Shown here piece by piece: positions 52,590 to 62,118 of a DNA stretch of 64,000 nucleotides. Where the stretch lies: NCBI GenBank assembly GCA_002269645.1, contig NIVC01000478.1, positions 1 through 64,000 of the forward strand, in the 5' to 3' direction. The position numbers and the translations under genes are program-made. The notes beneath the pieces were generated by a model, which did no database searches, was not told the DNA's origin, and worked only from the letters and a program-made list of their open reading frames with translations. Numbering within the stretch: position 1 is the stretch's first letter; every line of letters starts with the position of its first letter. The stretch is from Macrostomum lignano (lineage: Eukaryota).

Positions 52590-52830
52590 TATACATGCGC
52601 AACCTTTCTGATTTACACTGGCCATGCGACTTACTTGTAAAAGAAACCTAACACAATTTTGGGTAAACGGCAGGAGTAACTATGGCTGTCTTATAACATC
52701 TAAATGCCTCATCATCTAATTAGTACTACATCTGTATTCTCTAGGCTGGGAATTTTTGTGACTTACCCCTGGTCCACTACAATTTATCGTGGCCAGATTG
52801 GCTAGGTCGGCCAGTGGTTGCGCATGTATG
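52590..52830. mobile_element. 241-bp hAT MITE, same family as 35669-38583
   Basis: Termini (T)ATACATGCGCAAC...GTTGCGCATGTATG; 8-bp TSD TCTACCTT; both subtermini align to those of the 35.7-kb copy. Confidence 0.9.
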
Positions 52831-52874
52831 TCTACCTTTGTTGGTCATTGGCCTTTATCTAGAAGGACCTTTTG

Positions 52875-53430
52875 GACCATCAACAGGTGGCACAAGGTGA
52901 CTATAGACACTTGATGCAAATTTCTCTAGTTTTGCTAATCAAGCCTTAACAGTAGGCAAACCTCAATTGCTAGGTATCCTCAGCTAGTCTCTTAAGCATT
53001 CTGTCATCTCCCCAACACTATACCTTCAAAAGATAATACCAAGTGACTATAGACATCCTATTGCAAAAATATATTGGATTTTTCTTATCAAGCTTCAATA
53101 ATAAACAAGACTCAACTGCCAAAAATCCTCAGCTAGTCTCTCAAGTATTCAATCATTACCTAGACACCATTGGTACTTTCAACAGATGATACCAAGTTAC
53201 TACAGATACCCTAATGTGTTTTTTCTATTTTTGCTAATCAAGCCTTGACAGTCACATGGTGTTATCTGTTGAAGGAGCCTGCAATGTTGGGTGATAACAG
53301 AATGCTTAAGAGACTAGCAGAGGATATCTAGCAGTTAAGGCTGACCTACTATTGAGGCTTGATTAGCAAAACTAGAAAAATTTATATCAGGATATCTACA
53401 GTCACTTGGTGTCATCTATTGAAGGTGCCA
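52875..53430. repeat. Decayed copies of the ~150-bp unit (about 2.5 direct + 1.3 inverted)
   Basis: Aligns to 296-580; orientation flips at ~53245. Confidence 0.8.
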
Positions 53431-53826
53431 ATAGTGTCCAGCTCTAGTGCAGCATAATTTTGGTAATTCAATAGGTGGAAAAATAGATTAGTATTCCTAT
53501 TGTTAATTGATATGCATCAATTATGTCTTGGAAAAATGTATCTAAAAGCATATTTTATATGTTGCATAATATATATATATATTCTAATTGTTGGAAAAAA
53601 TGTTTAAATTTGTTATAAGTTTATCAGTGTAAAACTTTTTCTGTACAGTGAGGTTATCAATCCTAAACGTAGTTACCATCATGATCAATAACCCTCTCCC
53701 AGTGTGTGTGCTAAGAGTAAATATCCTAGCTATAGATCTTTGCATTGGCCCTAAAAGAAGTTTGTCAAGTGCATTTTAGGTTGTCTTCATTTTTAAACTC
53801 CTTGCTGGCCATAGAATGGTCAAAAG

Positions 53827-55148
53827 TAGGGGGCGACCCAGTCCCGGGCCCGGGCCCAAAAAGTTGGGAATCCCAACCAAAATTGTGGCCCGACCTAGGC
53901 CCGGGCCCGACCCTAAAAAAGTCAGGAAATCGGGACAAGTCTTTTTTCCCTAAAGGCACTAACCGCATCAAGACTCAAGCACTGCACAACTACAGTAACA
54001 GTTAATAGATGATATGATGTGAAGTAGCAATATCATTGATTCGTAGTAGGCTCTTAGCGTAAGCGTCAGCCACAGCCAGTTTCCACTCTCTAGGAAGATT
54101 GGATTTATTCCAGCAAGATAAAATTTAAACATAGTTTTGCAATACTTTTTTGCAATTTTGATTCCACTTTACACGCTGCAGCCTAAAAGCAAAAATATGA
54201 TTCTTTATTTAAAAAGTTGATTTGTCATTTTTAAGCTTTTGTAAATAAAATTTAAATTTCCTATTTAAATTCCAAGAAGTACCTACCAAGGGCCAAGGCT
54301 ACCATTTTTCCAAGAAGTTTGCTATCTATCAGAGTTTGTAATTGTGTTTGTATTTGTATCGTAGATCTCAGATCTCAGGTATCGCAGATCCCAGGTAGGC
54401 AGTTATCAGCAAATTACTTGTATTTCCATTGTCTGTCTGTTTGCCTGTTCCGTTGAGTGTTGTGTTGTGTTGTCACTTCACTTGTGTTCTGTTCTGTTGT
54501 CTTGTCTTGTTGTCTTACTGAATACTGACAGTGTACATGGCTCTTTATTTTGAAGCTATGTAAAGGAACTAAAAATTCAAATATAAGAATCAATTGATTT
54601 GGTTCTTACTTCCTTACTGCTTCCAATGCCAAGTGCCTTACACTTAATGCTTCAGCTTTTCTTCTTTTTGCTTACTGCCACTGCCAGTGCCAGCCACACT
54701 GCTGCAGTGCCTGCTCCCTGCTTGCCTACCTCACTGCCTGTTAGTGTCACTGTCACTGGCATACACACAGTACTTGTGCCACAGTGACATTGAATTTGAA
54801 CTATTGAGTATATTGATATTTGAGTATAAAGTCTTACAATGTAACTCTTATCTATTCTTAAGTCTTAACTAATGTATTAAATAATAATAATTTATTATAT
54901 ATTTATTATATATTTAATACTTATTATATATTTTATATTATATTTTATTTAATATATTTATATATTTATTATCTATTTAATAGTAATCTGCATATGCTAA
55001 AAGTATTAAGACTTATTATGATGATTTTTTTCCAATTATTGAGCTGTCCTAAAGATCTTGTCCCGAATTCCCAAGGCCCGACCTGGGCCCGAGTCCTCAT
55101 TCCTGGGCCCGACCTGGGCCCGACTTTGGCCATCCCGGTCGCCCCCTA
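53827..55148. mobile_element. hAT-like TIR element (~1.3 kb), TSD not preserved
   Basis: TAGGGGGCGACC...GGTCGCCCCCTA with subterminal GGGCCCG repeats at both ends; the flanks do not match. Confidence 0.65.
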
Positions 55149-55560
55149 AAGCAGCAAACAGGTAATATAATTGGTGAGTGCAAGATCTGGGCTATATGAT
55201 GGATAGGGAAGAATCTCCTGGTCCAGCTTGAGCAGCTTCTGATGGGTCAGCTGTACCTTGTGTGTAGGTGCATTGTCATGCAGCAAGATGACCTGGCAAT
55301 GTTCAGGGTGCACCTTAGCTGGTTTCTGCTGTAGGTACTCAAGTTGCTCATGGTAGAAAGTAGCATTAATGTTCTTGTTCTTTAGCAGCAGCTCCCACAT
55401 TATGATTCCCTTTGTGTCCCAATAGACTAAAAGCATGACTTTTTAGGGTGCAGCTCAGCCATTGTGAGCTAGATTTTTCTGATTCGCTTTTGCTGTGTGC
55501 CCCTATGTGCTAAAAATTTTGCTTGGCTTTTGTTGTACACCATTCATTGCTTTAAGAATT
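55146..55560 (-). pseudogene. Mariner (Mos1/DD34D-like) transposase fragment
   Basis: LHPKK[fs]MLLVYWDTKGIIMWELL...NATFYHEQL...VILLHDNAPTH...PYPSYSPDLALTNY corresponds to mariner VWWD..G, HDNA.PH and HPPYSPDLAPSDY. Confidence 0.88.
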
Positions 55561-55921
55561 TGACCTTAGTTTTTTGGTTAAACAATCTTTAAAACATCTT
55601 ATAAACCTTCGATTAAATTTAATGGATATATGAAATCCTACCTAATGTTTTTTAGGATGCCACAATCCTAAAATTGAAGTTAGAATGGGATATATTGATC
55701 CTAATCCTAAGATACCAGCAAAATGGAATCCCATCTCGATCCCAAACATTTTGATTTTGTCCAACCATTTGAACTTTAAAAACCCTACTATTGCTATCTA
55801 AGATATGCGCCATAGATTGTTGACATAGATACAAAGTACAAAGATTTATTGCACTATCTGCACTTTTACCCCAAGAGATAAGAGTCTACTCTGCCCCCCC
55901 CACACTTGCAGCAACAGCCAA

Positions 55922-56194
55922 ATGGCCTATCGACCTCAGCGAGTCCAGAAGACCCAGGTGCTGCCAATCTCTCTCATATTTAGATTCCTACAAAGCCAAG
56001 CCCGAGTGCAGGTGTGGCTCTACGAACAGGTCAATGTTCGTATTGAAGGCAGAATTCTTGGCTTCGATGAGTTCATGAACATAGTCATGGATGACGCCGA
56101 GGAGGTGCACCTAAAAAGTCGCGGACGAAAGCGTATTGGCAGAATCCTGCTCAAAGGTGACACAATTACTCTCATTCAGGAGGCTTTGCAGTGA
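55922..56194 (+). CDS. SNRPE: Small nuclear ribonucleoprotein E (SmE), intronless CDS, 90 aa
   Basis: [10 protein letters not shown]...[37 protein letters not shown]...[15 protein letters not shown] (Sm1 and Sm2 motifs). Confidence 0.97.
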   Translation: MAYRPQRVQKTQVLPISLIFRFLQSQARVQVWLYEQVNVRIEGRILGFDEFMNIVMDDAEEVHLKSRGRKRIGRILLKGDTITLIQEALQ

Positions 56195-56589
56195 AATCTC
56201 GTGCGTTTTTTGCTTCTGCATCTTAAAATTCTTTAATGACATGAAATACTACTACATTGTATGCCTATTAGTAATATAAAATTCATGTTTTTGCTCTTAG
56301 TTTCTCAATTTACAATAAAAAGTTTCCTTTCCAATTGTTTTGTATTAATATTTTATTATTTATAATTTATAATCTAGTTAAAATTCTTGTCAACATTTTC
56401 CATCATGCTAATAAAACTTACGTGCGCATCCTTGCTACTTATTGTAATAGTCTGTTAGGCCGCTAAAAACTGCCTTTGTGTTTTTGATTGAATTTTAACG
56501 ATTAAAAACCCTACTATTATAATTAAGCTGCTTAATACCCATTCTGGAAATAATTTCCCTGTTCTAAAGGCACCTGGCTTTCTCTTAAC

Positions 56590-56950
56590 ACGTGCTCTAT
56601 TCATACAGACACCCGTTCTATTCCTACAGACACCTGTCCTATTCCTACAGACACCTATCCTATTCCTAAAGACACCTGTTCTATTCCTACAGACACCCGT
56701 TCTATTCCTACAGACACCTGTCCTATTCCTACAGACACCTATCCTATTCCTAAAGACACCTGTTCTATTCCTACAGACACCTATCCTATTCCTAAAGACA
56801 CCCGTTCTATTCCTACAGGCACCCGTTCTATTCCTACAGACACCTGTCCTTTTCCTACAGACACCTGTCCTATTCCTACAGACACTTGTCCTATTCTTAC
56901 AGGGCACCTGTTCTATTCCTACAGACACCTGTCCTATTCCTACAGACACT
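56590..56950. repeat. 21-bp minisatellite (tcctattcctacagacacctg) upstream of GNPDA
   Basis: Directly visible. Confidence 0.93.
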
Positions 56951-57075
56951 TCCGAGCAATGCGCATAACCGGCGAAAAATAGCAGAACCGGCTATTTTAT
57001 TCCAAAGAAGCCAATCCGATTAAAGAAGAAACCCTTCTCACGCCAGGAAATGTTTATTGCAGCTTGGCCTGCAGA

Positions 57076-58337
57076 ATGCGCCTAGTAATTTGCGACACCG
57101 CTAATGACGTGGCGGAATGGGCTGCTGCCTACGTTAAGAAGCGGATATTGGACTTTGCACCCGGCCCTGACAGGTACTTTACTCTCGGCCTGCCGACTGG
57201 CAGCACACCGCTAGGCATGTACCGTCGGCTGATTCGGTATTACAAAGACGGCGAGCTAAGCTTTAAATACGTGAAAACTTTCAACATGGACGAGTACGTT
57301 AATCTGCCACGCAGTCACGAAGAATCGTATCATTATTATATGTTTCATAATTTCTTCTCGCATATTGACATCGATCCGAGCAATGCTCATTTGTTGGACG
57401 GCAATGCACCAGATTTAGATGCAGAATGTCAAGCATTCGAGCGCAGTATTAGAGAGGCTGGCGGTATTCGACTGTTCATTGGCGGGATTGGGCCTGACGG
57501 CCATATCGCTTTTAATGAGCCGGGCAGTTCGTTGAATTCTCGGACTAGGGTGAAAACACTGGCTCAGGTGAGTGGCTTGTTACCGGCACAGCATGCAATG
57601 TCAGCTTTAAAGATTACTTGAGCTGTGACACTCTTTACCATCAGTTGCTGACAGGTGTCTGTAATGTAAGACCAGAATTGGACAGGTGTCTGTAGGAATA
57701 GAACAGGTGTCTGTAGGAATAGGACAGGTGTCTGTAGGATTAAGACGTGTCTAAGAATAGGACAGGTGTCTAGGAATAGAACAGGTGTCTGTAGGATTAA
57801 GACAGGTGTCTATAAGAATAGGACAGGTGTCTGCAGGTATAGGATAGGTGTCTTTTGGAGTACAGCATGTGTCTGTAGGAGTAGGACAGGTAACTGTAGG
57901 AATAGAACAGCCAGGTGTCTACAGGAATAGGACAGGTGGCTTTAAGAATAGGACAGGTATTTGATAATATAGAACTGATGGGTTATGCATCGTTTCTATA
58001 TTGCTACATATCGGTCAATTTCCAGGAAACCATCGACGCCAATTCTCGTTTCTTTGGCAACGATAAATCGTTAGTGCCAACTCAGGCTCTAACAGTTGGC
58101 GTTGCCACGGTGATGGACGCTGACACGGTGATGATCCTGGTGACGGGTATGGCTAAAGCGTTCGCTCTGCACAAGGCCATCGAGTGCGGCATCAATCACA
58201 TGTGGACTGTGTCCGCCTTTCAAAATCATCCGCAAGCGTTTTTCATTGTGGACGACGATGCCACTGCGGAATTGAAAGTGAAAACTGTCAAGTACTTTCG
58301 CGGCCTGAATGCTGTGCATCATCAGTTGTTGGAGTGA
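57076..58337 (+). CDS. GNPDA1: Glucosamine-6-phosphate deaminase (267 aa; exons 57076-57567, 58026-58337)
   Basis: FTLGLPTGSTPLGMY, TFNMDEYV, GGIGPDGHIAFNEPGSSL.SRTRVKTLAQ|ETIDANSRFF, ALTVGVATVMDA, GINHMWTVSAFQ.HP. Phase-0 GT-AG intron. Confidence 0.97.
57650..57975. repeat. Same 21-bp minisatellite in inverted orientation (caggtgtctgtaggaatagga) in the GNPDA intron
   Basis: Reverse complement of the 56590-56950 unit. Confidence 0.9.
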
Positions 58338-58827
58338 CCTTTTTGTGACGCTGTGTTGTCTGACTGGTCTGATTAGTTCCACTCCGATTGTGCTGATTTC
58401 GAATTTGACTTTACCAGAATCAACCTTCAACCTTCAACCTTCAATCATTGATAGATATATAGAGATATATTGATAAGTGGATAAAGTCGTTTCAAGTTTT
58501 TTTCAGTTTTTTAACACATCGTTTCACTACACTTCCCGATGATAAACATTGTTATTACGTCGTGTATTTCAGTTTCAAATTTGTTCGAATGTATCCGTAT
58601 CTGACAGTAACATTATACAATACGTACCGGACCAATTAAAATGTAATAATTGCCATGTATTATTCACCGCATTCGTATTAAAGTATTGCATATTTATATT
58701 GATTTGATTGATTTGACCTACACTCGTACTTACCTTTTTATGTAATACATACTTATTGAAGTGACTAGAACTGTATAATGCCCAAGTACTGTCGTCAGCT
58801 CTCTCGAAAAGAATTTTAGCAGCCCAC

Positions 58828-58998
58828 TTTCACAAACCCGAAACTTCACAAGCTCGAAATTTCAAAACCTCGAAAAAAGCTTATGAAGTCGCCTGCTAAA
58901 ATTTTCGAGGTTGTGAAATTTCGAGCTTATGAAGTTTCGGGTTTGTGAAAGGAAGTGCTTTTCGAGGTTGTGAAATTTCGAGCTTGTGAAGCGACCCC
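58828..58998. mobile_element. Short fold-back element / MITE-like repeat (TTCACAA..CGAAA motifs)
   Basis: ~49-bp inverted arms across 58828-58950; the same motif recurs at ~59540-59615 and 63984-64000. Confidence 0.55.
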
Positions 58999-59793
58999 AT
59001 TTTGGCCATAGACATACGAGTACAAAGTGACAGAAACAACCAAAACCTAAGGCAAAACACATGTACACTGTAAGACTGTCCAATAAGCAGTACTGCAGAT
59101 TCATAACGATTGTATTGTGCCAGATAGGCCAAGACGAGAAAGTGGCTTAAGGCGTAGACCGATATTTGATCGCTAAGGCACTCGGTATTGTGATACGCTC
59201 GTATTGTACAGCGAGAAAATGTACATGTACATCAACAGCTTGCGCACATGCAATCAACCAATCAATCATCTTAAACATCCGTAGAAGACTTTGTAAGCCT
59301 CTTAAATTGCTAGCGCTAGAGCTTCATCTGATGACGCTTAGAATTTAGTTGGTCTTCATAGATGGTCTATACCAATTTTGAGTGCGCATTACCATACATT
59401 GTTGGGTATAAGGGAGTTAGTTCTTTATCTATTATAGGGAGAATCGACTGGGCAAGTCGTTGCTATGGCGACTGTCCAATAGATCACATGAGAAGAGGGG
59501 AGAGAGATTTTTTAGTATTTGAAAGTAAGTGCAAAAGTTTTAGCGGTTGTGAAGTTTCGCGTTTAATAAAGTGACTGCAAAAAATTTAGCGGTTGCGAAA
59601 TTTCGCGTTTGTGAGACCACCCAAGTCTGTCGTACAGTTCAGGAACTGCATTCCCATAACAGCTCTGTACATGCAGCTTGTAACCAATAGCAACGAAACC
59701 TATATGTACCTCTTCTCCGGAAAAAAATTGACAGACTGCGCTCCTGAAAGGGGCCTCAGCCGTTCTCGCAAGTTTCGACCTTCTTAGCTAAAA

Positions 59794-60370
59794 ATGTGTT
59801 GCATCCTACGAGAGCATCTCACTCTGCGGTCTGTGATCTGGTCAGCAGTTTTCTTGCATGACAATCGGCCTGGTGATGACTGACCAGAACTGCCCAGCTC
59901 CGTTCCAGCTGCACTCAGCCACCCAGCTGTGCCTGTTCATCGAGTCCAGCCACAGCTACAGCTGGTGCTCCGCCAACCGAAGGTGCGCTGAGCTGGGCGG
60001 AGAAGTATAATCAGCTCAATTGAGTCCATCGTAATTCCCTGCATGCTTGCCTCGAATCTGGTTAACAACATCACGGTTGACATGTGGACTGGACTCGGCT
60101 GGCAGAGAGTCAATGGCGGCGGCGAGTTACATGTACCTATAGAAATGACTCGGTTTGGTGCTGTAATGAGCCAAAACGACTGCTGTGAGCACACTGCGTT
60201 CGTTTTGTAAATAATCAGGGCCTCCACCTCGGCGACAGAGTCTGCAGCCATTTGATCGGCTTCGTATGCCAGTTCGTCCTGCCGCCACCAAGTCGGCCGG
60301 CTACTGGACTCCAACGAGTTCAAGAGAACCCGCAACGACACGTACTACTGCCACGAGGAGCTGCAGCTGG
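59794..60370 (+). pseudogene. Frameshifted secreted C-type lectin gene
   Basis: Signal-like MCCILRE...WSAVFL [fs] NCPAPFQLHSATQLCLFIESSHSYSWCSANRRCAELGG [fs] ...MWTGLGW...DCC [fs] LGDRVCSHLIGFVCQF. All CTLD landmarks are in order, across at least 3 frameshifts. Confidence 0.78.
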
Positions 60371-61225
60371 TCAGGAGCTGATCGAGTGGATCAAGCTGGT
60401 CAGGAGCTGATCGAGTGGATCAAGCTGGTCAGGTGCTGAGTGGGTCAAGCTGGTCAGGAGCTGAGTGGGTCAAGCTGTAGTCAGGAGCTGAGTGGATCAA
60501 GCTGGTCAAGAGCTGAGTGGATCAAGCTGATCAGGGCTGAGTGGGTCAAGCTGTAGTCAGGGCTGGGTGGGTCAAGCTGCAGTCAGGGCTGAGTGGGTCA
60601 AGCTGTAGTCAGGGCTGAGTGGGTCAAGCTGTAGTCAGGGCTGGGTGGGTCAAGCTGTAGTCAGGGCTGAGTGGGTCAAGCTGCAGTCAGGGCTGAGTGG
60701 GTCAAGCTGCAGTCAGGAGCTGAGTGGGTCAAGCTGTAGTCAGGGCTGAGTGGGTCAAGCTGCAGTCGGGAGCTGAGTGGGTCAAGCTGTAGTCAGGGCT
60801 GAGTGGGTCAAGCTGCAGTCAGGGCTGAGTGGGTCAAGCTGTAGTCAGGGCTGAGTGGGTCAAGCTGTAGTCAGGGCTGGGTGGGTCAAGCTGTAGTCAG
60901 GGCTGAGTGGGTCAAGCTGCAGTCAGGGCTGAGTGGGTCAAGCTGTAGTCAGGGCTGAGTGGGTCAAGCTGTAGTCAGGGCTGGGTGGGTCAAGCTGTAG
61001 TCAGGGCTGGGTGGGTCAAGCTGTAGTCAGGGCTGAGTGGGTCAAGCTGCAGTCAGGGCTGAGTGGGTCAAGCTGTAGTCAGGGCTGAGTGGGTCAAGCT
61101 GCAGTCAGGAGCTGAGTGGGTCAAGCTGTAGTCAGGGCTGAGTGGGTCAAGCTGCAGTCGGGAGCTGAGTGGGTCAAGCTGTAGTCAGGGCTGAGTGGGT
61201 CAAGCTGCAGTCAGGGCTGGATGGG
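60365..61225. repeat. 26-bp minisatellite (ctgtagtcagggctgagtgggtcaag), ~33 copies
   Basis: Directly visible. Confidence 0.95.
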
Positions 61226-61472
61226 TCGATCTTTTACTTTTTATAGATATGGGATGTTAATGGCGACTAATCTGGAACAATAATAACTGCTTTAGAAAAA
61301 ATAAGTTTCTTAAAAAATAAATTTTGAAAAAAACTTGAAATTTAACGATCTACAGCTAGTACGTGTTTATCCTTATGAAATTATTTTTGGATCAAGTGTA
61401 GACAAATAGCTTCATTTGCTGTTCTTAATTTTAAAAGATACCTTGTACATGTAATATTGCAAGAGAAACTAC

Positions 61473-62118
61473 TGTCGCAGGTGTTTTACCTCCTACTTTA
61501 TCAATTTTAATCCCACCGCTGATACCAAGTTGTCGCAGGGCTGATTCTTCCTTCTTAATAATATCCCACTATTGCCACCAAGTTGTAACAGGCCTTCAAT
61601 TTCCCTGCTATTGAATTTATACTGCTGATACTAAATTCTGCCTTAATATTTCTAACTGTTTTCTTAGAATATTTTTCTGGGTAGCGTTCTCGTAGTATTT
61701 GGTCTGGTAGCGTATTATGTATTAGTCTGGTAGCGTCTTAGTATATGGCCTGAGCGGTCTTACTGGTATATGTACTTTCTCTCTCCAGTCTGGGCGTTAC
61801 CGAGATTAGAGGGTCACAGCGATTACTCTTAGTACTTCTCTTTGCATGAATCCCAAGTGCAACCTTCAACCTTCTTCACAATACTCTTAGAAATGAACAA
61901 TGATCTGAGAAAGATTTATTGAACACGTTTTGAGCTTATAGCTAGCGAACGAGTTATCTCTTCTTCCTCTCAGCCTGCTCCTATTTATACTATTTGAACG
62001 TGTGTATTTTTAACAAATATCGAATATTGAGAATATATAGAATATTTTGTAGAGTAAAACAAATTATTAGCGCAGATTCAAACTGTTATATTCCTAGAAA
62101 CTATTAACCACTTCGACA
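61473..62118 (-). mobile_element. Solo-LTR-like element (646 bp) with internal tRNA-Leu PBS-like repeats
   Basis: Termini TGTCG...CGACA; 4-bp TSD CTAC (61469-61472, 62119-62122). On the minus strand: TATA-like GTATAAATAG (61981-61990) then AATAAA (61915-61920). PBS-like 18-mers at 61510-61527 and 61563-61580, and a decayed third at ~61617-61633. Confidence 0.75.

Noticed and set aside
59937-60341. 134-aa minus-strand ORF
   Set aside because: Antisense shadow of the plus-strand lectin pseudogene.
61473-61640. CRISPR array interpretation of the repeat-spacer units
   Set aside because: Eukaryotic context, only three units, the repeat is tRNA-3'-end plus LTR att sequence, and no cas genes; reported instead as a PBS array.
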